NCBI GenBank assembly: GCA_963705305.1
Contig: OY970067.1
Location: forward strand, 1,632,001-1,696,000
Direction of reading: 5' to 3'
Length of the DNA: 64,000 nucleotides
Origin: an uncultured Methylomirabilota bacterium
GTDB lineage: Bacteria > Methylomirabilota > Methylomirabilia > Methylomirabilales > 2-02-FULL-66-22
The position numbers and the translations under genes are program-made. The notes beneath the pieces were generated by a model that worked only from the letters and a program-made list of their open reading frames with translations, had not been told where the DNA came from and made no database searches. Position 1 is the first letter of the stretch. Each line of letters opens with the position of its first letter. Below, piece by piece: positions 9,670-20,130 of the stretch.

Positions 9670-10540
9670 CCGTCATCCCTCTCCGCCAAATAGGTTGGAT
9701 CAACAGTTGCACCCTCACTGCCAGGGCTAAGGACTCTCAGGCTGTGAGGCACACGAACATCGCCTGAACGATATCGCCATCAGGTAGTCCTTGGAGGAGG
9801 GGCAAGCCGTCTCCCGTCTGATCAACAGTTCGCCATCCTCCCAATGGCGCGACTGCCTGCTTCGCTGTGTAGCACTTACGCATGCCGGGGCAGATTCTGA
9901 AGTCGCTCCGGCACGGAACAGCTCCCGCCGGATTGCCTCCACCCTCTTGAGATGCTTTGCAAGGTATTCCAGGGCTTGAGGAGAGCACGCCAGTTCCAGG
10001 TATTCTTTCGCACATGCATTGGCCGCAATTTCACTGGGTGCGAGCGATAGGGGCTGCATCTTTACTGATCCAAGGCCCCGCGTGCAGTCCCACACCGTCC
10101 GTGTCGCAATTGTCGGACGCACCGCCTCGATCCGAGGAGACGGCTCCTGCGCGACCACATCCTCTTCCGGGTCGATCCCTCGGAAGCATGTGCGCCAGAT
10201 TTCCCGCGCGGCCTGCGTCAGGACGGTGGAGAGGGTGCCCACATACACCACGATTGCTTGGGGTCGGCGCGGATACTGCGAGAGGTACTGAAGAGGCCAT
10301 GGTTATTCCCGCGCGCAGATGCCCCCTTGGCTCCCAAGGTCTCGGCGAGGACTGCGGCGGGCCGCACGCCGCAGTACCGCTTCAGCCAGTCTGCCTCCTT
10401 GTAGCCGGGGTGTAGACCCTAATGGATCACCGGCCACACATCCTGACCCGCACCTCGGCGGAAAGTCGAGTCCTGCGCGAGGAGCAGGGACGCGTATTGC
10501 TCAGCGGGGCTCTCGATCGCCCGATCCAGGAGATCGGCCA

Positions 10541-10560
10541 GATCGTTTTCGGGAAGGCCA
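10541..10560. repeat. Solo IS terminal repeat of the family seen at 52250-52955
   Basis: GATCGTTTTCGGGAAGGCCA resembles GATGGGTTTTCCGGAAGGGCA (ends 52623) and GATGGGCATTCGGGAAGGACA (ends 52955). Confidence 0.5.
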
Positions 10561-10566
10561 CCGACC

Positions 10567-12714
10567 CTAGCCGGCATTTCGCGCCCCCAAGAGAATCACC
10601 GGCGCCCCCGAGGGCAGGCCCTCTAACTCCGTCTGTGCCACGTTCCTGGCACTGTCGAAATCCACCAGGCCAGACAAGTCCACCACCCGTCCCCCTAGGC
10701 CGAGGTAGATATCCGGATAGGCCACACACTCGTCCCGATACGAGCACGAGGCATCCCACACCCCTTTGAGATCTTCCAAGGCACTTGCCGCGGTGCCGAC
10801 TGTGACGATGACGTCCCCCCGTTGGACCTTGATGAAGCCTTTCTTGTCAATCACCCGCACTGCGCTCGCGGGGGTCCCCCAGCCGCGCCGGTTCGCGGGG
10901 GGAAGCGTATAGACAAAGAGTCCGTCGGTACGCGCGGCGAGGGTCAGCTGCTCGGGGGGTACATTGAAGGATTTCGCGGCGATGGCGAGCGCCTCCTCTG
11001 CCGTGCATTCCTTGCGCAGGTCCGTCGTGCGAAGCTCGGCTGCGCCCAAGGCAATCGCGCGGACCCGCTGCGTGAGGGCGTCAATCTCGACGGAGACCTC
11101 GATCCCATCTGGGTTGGCGCCGGCCCGGATCGCCGCCTCCTTGGCCTCGCTTTTGATGGCCGCGAGCTCCTGAGGTGACGGGTGGGGAATGACCCGCTCC
11201 ACGACGTCGCGGACCATCGCCAGGGCCACGCCGATGGACGAGATCACTTCCGCGTTCACGGGGATCTGATATTCCAGATGTAACTGCTGCGCCGTGTACG
11301 GCAACAAGGCCGCGGCCCCGCCCCCCGCCCCCACCAGCACCGCCTGCGCCCGTTCCAGCTTGTACTCCTGGAGCAACGACTCCACCACGGGGACCAGCTT
11401 CTGCGAGGCGATGTCCAGGATTTCGCGCGCAACGTCCTCGACGCCACGCCCCACCTGCTGGGCCAGCGGCTGCAAGGCTCGCCGGCAGCTCTCTGAATTA
11501 CCGGCGGCATGGTACTGGGGCGCGACTAGCCCCAACGCATTGGCGGCGCAGGTCACCGTCACCGCGACCCGCTTGCCGGTGGTCGAGCGGATGGCAACGT
11601 AGTCCGCCGGATCGCCCGGCTTGGGCTGGATGTATTCCACGGTTGGATCCACGATCTCCTCAGGTGGCGTGAACGCCGCATAGGCCAGGCCGGCAATGTG
11701 GGCGCTCCGGGGACCGACATCCACGATGCGGCCGTCCTTCACCCGGACCATGCTCCCCCCCGCGATGCCGAGAACCCGCACATCGAGCGAATTGACATAG
11801 GTCCGATGGCCGCCCACCTCGGCGTACTTGACGGTGGGTCGCCCGTGCTTGATCACTCCGATGTTCGTGCTGGTGCCTCCGACCTCGAAGTACACCCCGT
11901 CCGACGCCCGCAGGTACATCAGCGCCCCAACCACGCTCGCGGTCGGCCCGGACAGCATCGATAGGACCGGCCGTTTCCGCATCTCCTCGATGCCCATGAC
12001 CCCCCCGTCGCCCCGCATGATCATGAGGGGGGCCCGAATGCCCGCCTGCCGCACGCTCGCCTCCGTGCTGGTGGCAGTCTCCATCATCTTGGGCAGGATG
12101 CTCGCATTGACCACGGCGGAGCGCGTGCGCACGGTCAGGCCGTAGAGCTTGCTGATCTCGTGGGCGGCGGTAGCCGGAAAATGCATCTCGGAGGCGACCG
12201 ACTGCACGAGCGTCTCCTCGCCCGTCTTGTCCACCCCGAAGGCTTTGCTGGCGACGAACACCTTGGCCCCCTGACTCACCAGGCTGCGGATCGCCGCCTC
12301 GATATTCTCGGGGGTGAGTCCGGTGGTGGACAAGAAGGTATGATAGGTCTTGATCCACCGACCGGTGGCGAGGGGAATATCGCCGACGGCGGTTTGCCGC
12401 CTCGCCAGAAAGCGCTCGATCAGACCCGTCGCAAGCCCGATGATGCCCACGGGCGCAACGTCGCCCTCCAGGAGCGCATTCGTGGCCTGGGTGGTGCTGT
12501 GGGCCAAGAAAATCACCTCGTCGGGCGCAATCCCATTTTCCTCCAGGCACGCCTTGAAGACCGCCACCACGCCGCGAGCCACCCCTTCTGGCGCGGCATG
12601 GGTGGTGAGGACGACCGATTTCCCCAGGATCTCATGCGTCTCGTGATCGATCGCGACGGCTTTGGTAAATGTCCCGCCAACGTCAATCCCCATTCGCACC
12701 ATGCGCTTCCCCAT
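10567..12714 (-). CDS. Hydantoinase/oxoprolinase A-type ATP-dependent protein; no B subunit adjacent
   Basis: GIDVGGTFT, HSTTQATNALLE, MLSGPTAS, EVGGTST and DVGPRSA motifs. Likely start is ATG 12714. Confidence 0.9.
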   Translation of the reverse strand: MGKRMVRMGIDVGGTFTKAVAIDHETHEILGKSVVLTTHAAPEGVARGVVAVFKACLEENGIAPDEVIFLAHSTTQATNALLEGDVAPVGIIGLATGLIERFLARRQTAVGDIPLATGRWIKTYHTFLSTTGLTPENIEAAIRSLVSQGAKVFVASKAFGVDKTGEETLVQSVASEMHFPATAAHEISKLYGLTVRTRSAVVNASILPKMMETATSTEASVRQAGIRAPLMIMRGDGGVMGIEEMRKRPVLSMLSGPTASVVGALMYLRASDGVYFEVGGTSTNIGVIKHGRPTVKYAEVGGHRTYVNSLDVRVLGIAGGSMVRVKDGRIVDVGPRSAHIAGLAYAAFTPPEEIVDPTVEYIQPKPGDPADYVAIRSTTGKRVAVTVTCAANALGLVAPQYHAAGNSESCRRALQPLAQQVGRGVEDVAREILDIASQKLVPVVESLLQEYKLERAQAVLVGAGGGAAALLPYTAQQLHLEYQIPVNAEVISSIGVALAMVRDVVERVIPHPSPQELAAIKSEAKEAAIRAGANPDGIEVSVEIDALTQRVRAIALGAAELRTTDLRKECTAEEALAIAAKSFNVPPEQLTLAARTDGLFVYTLPPANRRGWGTPASAVRVIDKKGFIKVQRGDVIVTVGTAASALEDLKGVWDASCSYRDECVAYPDIYLGLGGRVVDLSGLVDFDSARNVAQTELEGLPSGAPVILLGARNAG

Positions 12715-12968
12715 GTTCCCGCCCCTCTTCCGCGGCACTCTTACTCTGGCAATCTGGGTATGCCGAGGCGCTTCCGGAGCCGTTCGTTTCCTGAAAGGCA
12801 AGCCCGATCCAGCTCTTGCACGGGCGCGGCGCTCGCGCCGCGGCCTTTGCCAATTTGTTCCTCTCCGGCACCGGCCCGGCACCTACGACCGGGAAGCCTG
12901 TCCGCAGGCCGCCAGAGATTCGTCAGCCTGTTTCGCCCCACACCACCAACAGGCCCGAGACTCTCGGC

Positions 12969-14270
12969 CTACCTCCCGAACACATAGAAGGCGACCAGGC
13001 AGCCCAGGATGGCCGCAATCCAATTCGTGACAAAGCTCGGCCGGATGTGGTCGAGCGGCGGGACCTTGACATAGTGAATGACCCAAATGGTCCACGACTG
13101 GGTCGGACAGGTTCCGTTGGCGTACGCACTCGGGATTTGGGCGAGCGCAAAGATCAGCAGGAGCGGCAGATTCCCGATGGCTGCCAAATAGCCCACCAGA
13201 GCCGCGCCGGCCCCTCCGACCATCAGGGGGCCGCGGTACAATGCCAGGGGAGTGAGCAGGCCGAAGAACAGGGCGATCCCCAGAGCACTATGTGGCAAGA
13301 TGTGACTGAGGACCGGCTGCAACATCGGGGTCGCTTTTGAGGCGGCCATCACGAACACCTGGATGCCCATCCACGCGAGCATGACCCCGGCAATTTCGCT
13401 CACCCCGTCGTGAAAGGTCTTCTGCAGCACCTCGACCCCGCCTCCTCGGGGCAGCAATCGACCGGTCGTCAGCAGCGCAATCAGAATGGCCGCCAGGAAT
13501 GCCGGCACGTTCGGCCAGTGGAACGCCATGATCATGATGATCGGTATGGCGGGTGTAATCAGGCTGTACCACGGCGCTTCCTTGGCGAGGGGGGGGAGGA
13601 CCTCGGCGATTCGTGTCGCCCACGCGGTTTGCAGAACCTTCTTGTACTTTATGTAGTACGCCAGCATCGCTATATCGGCCAGGAGGAAAAGCGCGAAGAA
13701 GACAAAGCCGTAGGGTAAGTACTTTGTGACCGAGATCGCGCCTTTCGGGACGCCCGCCATCGTGAAGAACGTCACGATGAGATTGATGTTGACGATATTC
13801 ACCGGCATCGCGGCCCCGATGGCGGTCGTAAATGAAGCCGTGGCGAGCCAGGGAGGGATGCCCAAGGAGATCAGAACGGGAAAGGCGATGACCCCGATGG
13901 CGATGGCGCCGCCCACGCCGAACACGGCCGTGAAGATGAACCCGGTGACAATGGACACTAATGTCGCGACAACCAACGGACGATCGCCGCCCAATTCCAC
14001 CGTCCGGCGAATGAGCGTGGCGACAATCCCCGTTTGCACCAGCACCTGACCAAGCCAACTCCCGAGAATCATGAGCATGATCGTCGGGGCGATATTCTCC
14101 ACCACCGCCTGCAAGACGTTGGACAGGATGGAGTGGAAGGGCATCCCCGCCACGACCACCCAAAACAATCCGGTCAGCGAGAGGCCGACGAAGATGGAAC
14201 CACCCCGGCACAGGTAGTACAGCATGACCCCGAAACTCGCTAAGAGGATCAATCCGCTCAGCATCCCCAT
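12969..14270 (-). CDS. Ion-transporter superfamily permease (GntP/citrate-transporter-like)
   Basis: About 12 hydrophobic segments; LGSWLGQVLVQTGIVATLIRRTVELGGDRP; strong RBS. Confidence 0.8.
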   Translation of the reverse strand: MGMLSGLILLASFGVMLYYLCRGGSIFVGLSLTGLFWVVVAGMPFHSILSNVLQAVVENIAPTIMLMILGSWLGQVLVQTGIVATLIRRTVELGGDRPLVVATLVSIVTGFIFTAVFGVGGAIAIGVIAFPVLISLGIPPWLATASFTTAIGAAMPVNIVNINLIVTFFTMAGVPKGAISVTKYLPYGFVFFALFLLADIAMLAYYIKYKKVLQTAWATRIAEVLPPLAKEAPWYSLITPAIPIIMIMAFHWPNVPAFLAAILIALLTTGRLLPRGGGVEVLQKTFHDGVSEIAGVMLAWMGIQVFVMAASKATPMLQPVLSHILPHSALGIALFFGLLTPLALYRGPLMVGGAGAALVGYLAAIGNLPLLLIFALAQIPSAYANGTCPTQSWTIWVIHYVKVPPLDHIRPSFVTNWIAAILGCLVAFYVFGR

Positions 14271-14489
14271 TGCTCCTCCTCCTTCTCCGAAGGACTCCAG
14301 TCCGTTGACGCCACCTCCAGAATGCCTGGAGTTCTACACGCCCCACGTTCCCGGCAGCCCTGGGGGCTCGCTCCACGCCTGTGGCGCGCCTGCGTGCAAG
14401 GAGCACCCGGCCCGTAGGGCGGCCCGGGCACAGCTCAACGGTCAAGTGCGCGGCGATCGATAGGGGAGGCGCCGCCGAGTGGCTGCCCC

Positions 14490-15158
14490 TCAGTCAGTGA
14501 TCGCCACCGCGCGCACCGGGGAACCGTCTGCTCCTTCGATCGGGAGCGGCAAGGCCATAAATCGACACCGGGGGCGTCCGATCTGGTCCAGGTGCGTGAG
14601 GTTCTCCACAACCGCGATCCCGGCGGGGAAAAACGCCGCGTGGGTCGTGTTGTCCTCTCGCGTCAGTGCTTTTGCAGGCTCGAACGCCATGGTCCGGATA
14701 CAGTAATCACAAGGATAGTCATACCCGACGACCTTCACCTGCCGGCGAATGAGCCACTCGCAGGCATCCCGGGCGGTATAGGGGGCCTCCCGCCAGAACT
14801 GCTCGGTCGCGACGTCCATTTGCTTCGGCCAGTCGGTCCGGAGTAGGACGATGTCTCCCTGACGGATGTGCTGCCCGTGCTGCTCGAGATCGGCCGCTGT
14901 GACCGGAGTATTCGCGCCGATATGCGTCAGGTCCACGACGGCTGCCTCCCCCACCCACCGGTCGATCGGAAGCTCGGCGATATGCTGCGCCCCCGGCAGA
15001 AAATGGATGGGAGCATCCACGTGCGTGAAGGCGTGGCAATTGATGGTGAGCACGGTGACCTGGAAGATGTCACCCCGCGCATGGGCCGACCGCAGCTCGG
15101 TTCTCCCAACCCACCGGAAATGTGGCCTGATCGGAAAGCTCAGATCGATGATGCGCAT
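14490..15158 (-). CDS. Cyclase family (kynurenine formamidase-like) metal hydrolase
   Basis: IIDLS, HAFTHVDAPIHF, VVENL and GADGSPVRAVA motifs. Confidence 0.9.
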   Translation of the reverse strand: MRIIDLSFPIRPHFRWVGRTELRSAHARGDIFQVTVLTINCHAFTHVDAPIHFLPGAQHIAELPIDRWVGEAAVVDLTHIGANTPVTAADLEQHGQHIRQGDIVLLRTDWPKQMDVATEQFWREAPYTARDACEWLIRRQVKVVGYDYPCDYCIRTMAFEPAKALTREDNTTHAAFFPAGIAVVENLTHLDQIGRPRCRFMALPLPIEGADGSPVRAVAITD

Positions 15159-15194
15159 CTCTGCTCTCCCCGCACCTGCACGTGTTCTCGCTGG

Positions 15195-16201
15195 CTACTC
15201 GGCCCACCACGGGACCATGTCGCGGAGCTCCGGGACGACCCAGAGTGGTGGCTTCCCCGCAGCCACGCGCGCGATGTTGGCATAGCCGTTTTGAAACCGT
15301 TTGCGCCAGCTCTCCCAGGTCGGCCCGGCGATGTGCGGCGTGACGAGGATGTTGGGCAGGGTGAACAGGGGGTTGTCCTTGTCCGGAGGCTCAGCCGCGA
15401 AGGTGTCCAGTCCGGCGCCCAGCAGATGACCGTCCCGAACCGCCTCGTACAGGGCCCGCTCATCGACCACTTCGCCCCGGCAGGTATTGATCAGGACGGC
15501 CCCCGGTTTCATGGCCGCGATTCGGCGCCGACTCATCAGCCCCACCGTGGCCGCGCTCAGCGGGACGTGCAGGCTCATGACGTTCCGAACGTCCCGAGGA
15601 GCTCCTCAAGCGCCACATAGGTGAGTGCCAAATCCCGTTCGTCCTCCACGGGGAGTCGTCGCACGTCGAAGTACTGGAGACAGGTCCCGAAGGGCCGCAG
15701 GCGGGTTGCCACGTGTCGCCCGATCGCCCCGAGCCCGACGATCCCGACGGTCTTCCCGTCCAATTCGTAGATCTCGCTCTCCGTCCCTTGCGGGCGCCAC
15801 TCTCCGGATCGCGTGCGGGCGTCCAGTGCCCGGAGACGCCGGAGGACGGCCAGGATTAAGAGGATTGTGTGCTCGGCCACCGCCACGGCATTCGCCCCGC
15901 CATTGGTAGCCACCGGAATCCGGCTGCGCCGCAGGCGCCCGAGGTCCACTTGGTCATAGCCCGCGCTGAGGAGCTGCACCAGCCGGGTGGTCCCCTCCAG
16001 TGCTTCATAGAAGGCCGGTGCCATGGGCCTGACAATGAACCCCAGGAAATACCCCGCTTGCGCCACGATCCGAGCGGCCTCCAAATCGGTGGCGCCCGCA
16101 GGCACCTCCACCAGGCGGAATTGGTCTGGAAGCAGCTGGTGCCCTGCGTCCTTTACCTTGTCCATCACCTGCGCCATGAATGCGATCACATCACCCGACA
16201 T
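15195..16201 (-). CDS. D-isomer-specific 2-hydroxyacid dehydrogenase; apparent frameshift at 15579-15593, probably intact
   Basis: SAGYDQVD and GIVGLGAIG lie in the upstream ORF; SLHVP, INTCRG, EP and TPHIAG lie in the downstream ORF. Removing two extra bases restores LEELLGTSDVMSLHVP. Confidence 0.88.
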
Positions 16202-16355
16202 CGTTCCGGTGTCCTCTTTTCCATCACCCTGTCCAGAATCGGCTTGCCGTCCGATCACGAGACGGCTGCATGATTCAATGCGTTCTCAAGCTCCGAGCCC
16301 TCGCCCGCAATCGCGCATGCGACCGTTCGGCCGCTCGCGTCTCGCCGGCATGAGC

Positions 16356-17538
16356 TCAGGCGATGGCGCAGCCCCACAGGGCCCCCCGCACGAGCGCCTG
16401 TCCGCTCTTGACCAGCAAGCTGCCCGAGCCGTACACCCGATCCACGGCGCCTTCCGCATTCAGGACCAGGACATCGGCATCGGATCCCACCGTCAGCCGA
16501 CCTTTGCGCGTAAGACCGAGGAGATCAGCGGGATGTCGCGTGGCGAAGGCGGCCGCGTCTCCCCACGCCATGCCGGTATCGACCAGTTCGCGGAGGGTGT
16601 CCAGAACACGTCCGGGCCCCACCATATGCAGGCCGAGCTCCTTGCCGGATGTATCCACTTGCATGTAGGGCACGCCGCTGTCCGACGAGAGTGTAATCCG
16701 CGCGGCCGCCACCCCCGCTGTCAGGGCTCCCCGGATCGCTTGCGCGGGCCGGACGGCCTCCGGAAAACCCTCTTCGGGCCGCTCCGTCGCGGTCACATCG
16801 ATGCTCCCTCCCGCCAGAGCATACTCCAGCGCCTGTTTCCACAAGGCTGCATTCCGGTTGACATGCGTCGCGACCAGGCGATCCGACGGGATTCCCGTCC
16901 GCCGCTGGACCTCAGGCAGGGGCATCAGTCCTGCGGGATGATCTCCGACGTGCGCATGGAACACGGCCCGCTTTCCGGCGAGCCGCCCCCCGGTCCAGGC
17001 CGCGTAGGCGAGGCTGCAGAGCTTATCCAGGCTATAAACGGGCGCCAGCGGCTCGGAAATAGCCACCTTGACCCCAAGGACCGCCGGCACATACGCGATA
17101 TCCGCTTGCGCATTGCCGGTCAGTGTGGGCACGGGGTTCTTCCAGCCCCCGGTATAGCAATAGGCCGCGATGCCTTCCGCGCGCAAGGCGGCTGCGCGGG
17201 CCAAGAGCCCCGGGACAGATCGGCTCAGGCTGTCGGCTCCGAGCGGCGAGATGACCGTCGTCACCCCCGCACTCACAATGTGTTCGATCTGCAGATCCGT
17301 ACTGCGGGTGGTGGGGCCGCCGAGCCCGCTCGCCCCCATGACGTGCACGTGCCCATCCACTAAGCCGGGAAGCACGATGCGTCCCGAGAACGTCCACCGT
17401 CTCGCCGTCGCCGATCCCCGTTGGGGGGGTCAAATTCACCGCCACCGCGGCGATTTCGTCCTGCACAATGAGCACATCCGCAATGCCTCGATCCTCCGGA
17501 TCGAACACCTGCCCGCCCCTCAGCAGCACCCACGTCAT
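16356..17538 (-). CDS. iadA: Isoaspartyl dipeptidase (beta-aspartyl peptidase)-like; apparent frameshift at 17388-17394, probably intact
   Basis: PGLVDGHVHVMGASGLGGPTTR, GVKVAISE, HAHVGD, THVNRN and TLSSD motifs. The N-terminus MTWVLLRGGQVFDP is in another frame and joins after a 1-nt removal (TVDVSGRIVLPG). Confidence 0.85.
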
Positions 17539-17602
17539 TACGTTTCCTCCTCGGCCCACAGCGGTGCGGGTCGTGATTGAACCCGCTCCGATCCTACCCG
17601 GC

Positions 17603-18358
17603 TTACCCCTTCGGTTGCCGATCGGTGATGCGGCTCTTCTTCAACACCGCGAGAAGCCGCGCCGCGCCGCGATCCAAGTGCCCCCGCATGGCCTGACGGG
17701 CCTGCGGCTCGTCGCGGGCCGCGATCGCTTCTGCGACCGCGGCGTGCTCGGCAAATGCCGGCTGCGGGCGGCCCTCGAAGTACTCCTCGGTCACCTTGTC
17801 CATCCAAGCCCGTACGACCTGTTGCAGCGTTTCTAGGATATGGAACATTACCTGGTTATGGGCGGCGCGGGCGATCGCCAAATGAAAATCCAAGTCGATC
17901 CGCACGAACGCGGGCCCATCGTCCTGGCTGGCTTCCAACTGCGTCACGTCCCCTTTGATCATCGCGATGTCTTCATCGGTCGCCCGTTGGGCGGCCAGCC
18001 CAGCCAGTTCTACCTCGATGATCCGCCGGGTCTCGATCACCTCCCGGGCGCTGTCATCGTTCATGAGCAGTCCCCAGGAGAGGGGCAGCGTGAGCGCCGA
18101 GCTACCCCCGTTCCCGACGAACATGCCTTCCCCCACGTTCACTTCCACCACACCGATCGTGCTGAGGACGCGCACGGCTTCGCGCAGCGACGATCGGCCC
18201 ACCGAGAGCCGCGTCATGAGATCCCGTTCGGTGGGGAGCCGATCCCCGGGGCGGAGGCCCTCATCCAGGATCAGGTTAATAAGGCGCTGGAGGATTATAT
18301 CGGTGATTTTCTGTCGGCTGATCGGCGTCAGATGCTTGGACTCGATCGTGTTCCCCAC
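17603..18358 (-). CDS. GntR family regulator, FadR subfamily (FCD domain)
   Basis: LPTERDLMTRLSVGRSSLREA, DLDFHLAIARAAHN and EH motifs. Likely start is GTG 18358 after GGAGG; the ORF is open to 18418. Confidence 0.93.
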   Translation of the reverse strand: MGNTIESKHLTPISRQKITDIILQRLINLILDEGLRPGDRLPTERDLMTRLSVGRSSLREAVRVLSTIGVVEVNVGEGMFVGNGGSSALTLPLSWGLLMNDDSAREVIETRRIIEVELAGLAAQRATDEDIAMIKGDVTQLEASQDDGPAFVRIDLDFHLAIARAAHNQVMFHILETLQQVVRAWMDKVTEEYFEGRPQPAFAEHAAVAEAIAARDEPQARQAMRGHLDRGAARLLAVLKKSRITDRQPKG

Positions 18359-18442
18359 GTGTTGTCCTCCCACATGAGGTTCACGAAGGAAGGTTATAGT
18401 TCCCTCAGTAATTTCCATAGATCATCTCATCATATTAACTTA

Positions 18443-18495
18443 TCATCTGATTGTCTGATGACTGATAAATACTACAAACACAATCAATATGTCAA
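18443..18495 (-). promoter_or_regulatory. Probable promoter with a FadR-type operator
   Basis: Perfect TTGACA on the minus strand (18490-18495), an AT-rich -10 region, and the near-palindrome TCATCTGA-TTG-TCTGATGA downstream of it. Confidence 0.5.
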
Positions 18496-18526
18496 TAACA
18501 AATTCTCCTGACGTCCGCAATTATTC

Positions 18527-20110
18527 GAGCTTATCTCAAAGTAGGGGGCGCTCATGATGCCCACACCGTCTCCAGCGAGGTGATGAGGACCGAGAGTTGG
18601 GGGACGTGCTCGCCCCCGAGGGCGGCCTCCGCCTCTGCGTAGCGGGTGGGGTGCAGGGCGTACACGAGACAGGCGGCCAGCATATGCAGCGCGCCGGGCA
18701 CGGACCAGCGCCGGCCAATCTGCTTGAGGCGCAGGACCGCCCGGCTCCAGATGCTCTCCAGCCGGTTCGTCGAGAGCGGGATCCTCTCCCCAGTGGCGAG
18801 GAGATGGCAGAGGTAGGTGAGCCCATCCTCGATGAGGCGCAGGACGTAGGCCCGCGTATGCGGGAAGTCGGCTGCCGGGAGCTTCCGCTGGAGGGCGACG
18901 AACGCCTGCTCCGAGGCCGCCAGCAACTCCCGGAGGGCGGCTTTGTCGGTGGGATCCAGCCGGGCGAGCTCCGCCTGGCAGAGCTGGAGGCCGGGAATGC
19001 GGGCGAAGGCCCGCTCGATGCGGCCGCGGGCGGCCTTGCGGTACCCATCCTGGTAGAGGGCGAAGGGGAGGTTGCGCCGACCGTGGACCAAGCAGCGCTG
19101 ATGCAGGGTGCCGGGGCCCGCCAAGGCCTCGGGGATGCCCTCCTCGCCATCGCTCACCAGGACCTTCGGGGGCGTCGGGAAGCGCTGGCGCAGCCGCTCG
19201 GCGATCGTCTCCCAGGCGTCCCCTACGCTGTAATCGAGCACTTCCAGGGGGCCCTGCGGCGTGCGGCTGCCGACCACCAGGCGGAGATCGGTGCTCCCGG
19301 CAGCGTGGCCCTGCGCTTGCAGTTTCAGCTTCGTCCCATCGGCCTGCTGGAAGGCGGCCGGCTTCGGGCCAGGCCGGTGGGTGTAGTCCGGGACCGGGTC
19401 CAGGGTCGCGGCGAAGCCCTGGAAGCGCCGGTGGATGGTGGCGGGACTGGGGGCCCGGCCATCGGGCGCGAGGCCAGCGACCGCTCGTTGGCTTTGGCGG
19501 AAGGACTGGAGGACCGCCAGGCGGTAGCCCGGGACCAGCGTCTCCTCGCACCAGCGGATACGCTTGGGCAGCTCCAGGGCTTCCTTGAGGGGGTACACCG
19601 TGCGGCGGGCCACCGGATCCCAGAGCTTCACCAGGGCGAAGCCCAACTGGCCGAAGGGCAGCTACCAGCGGCGGCCCTGGGTCCCCTTGTCGCAAAACCG
19701 GCCGGGGAATCGGGTCTCCAGCTCGGCCCGGGTCCGGCGCTCGATGGCCTGGAGCACGGCCGTGAAGAGCGTCCTCACCGCCACGCCCTGGAAGCGCCAG
19801 AAGCCGAGGGTCAGCGCTTGAAACAGGCTGGCCTCCTCGGGTATCTTCACCTCGAGGACCAGGTGGATCTGGAGGGTTCGCTGGTTCTCGATGGGGGCAC
19901 CTCCTTCCTTCGTCGGAGGGGTTTGCCCCCATTCTATTCCAGCAGCTACACCTCCCGGGCCCTCTTCTCGCCGCCGGGTCCTCTGCCTGCCTGCCCGCGC
20001 CGACCGGCCCGGCGCGAGCGCCAGCGTTGCGCGCTGTCGCCGGCCGGGTCGGCGCTCAGGAGGCACCCGGCGGATCAGACCTCCCACCGCCCCCTATTTC
20101 GAGACAACCC
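18527..20110 (-). mobile_element. ISH6/ISLre2-like (IS256/Mutator superfamily) element
   Basis: 9-bp target duplication CAATTATTC (18518-18526 and 20111-20119). Imperfect inverted repeats GAGCTTATCTCAAAGTAGGGG / GGGTTGTCTCGAAATAGGGG. Confidence 0.85.
18552..19892 (-). pseudogene. ISH6/ISLre2-like DDE transposase with an in-frame TAG at 19662-19664
   Basis: QADGT, VSDGEEG, HQRCLVH (CxxH) and STNRLES motifs. The two ORFs share a frame across one TAG; the GGAGGT RBS is followed by ATC rather than ATG. Confidence 0.75.
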
Positions 20111-20130
20111 CAATTATTCTCGCCCACATG

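Noticed and set aside
9727..10400. 174-aa minus-strand ORF and neighbours
   Set aside because: Looks like a decayed gene fragment, but no family or start signal could be supported.
19662..19664. Pyrrolysine or readthrough at the in-frame TAG
   Set aside because: No pyl genes are visible and the start codon also looks mutated; a simple nonsense mutation is more parsimonious.
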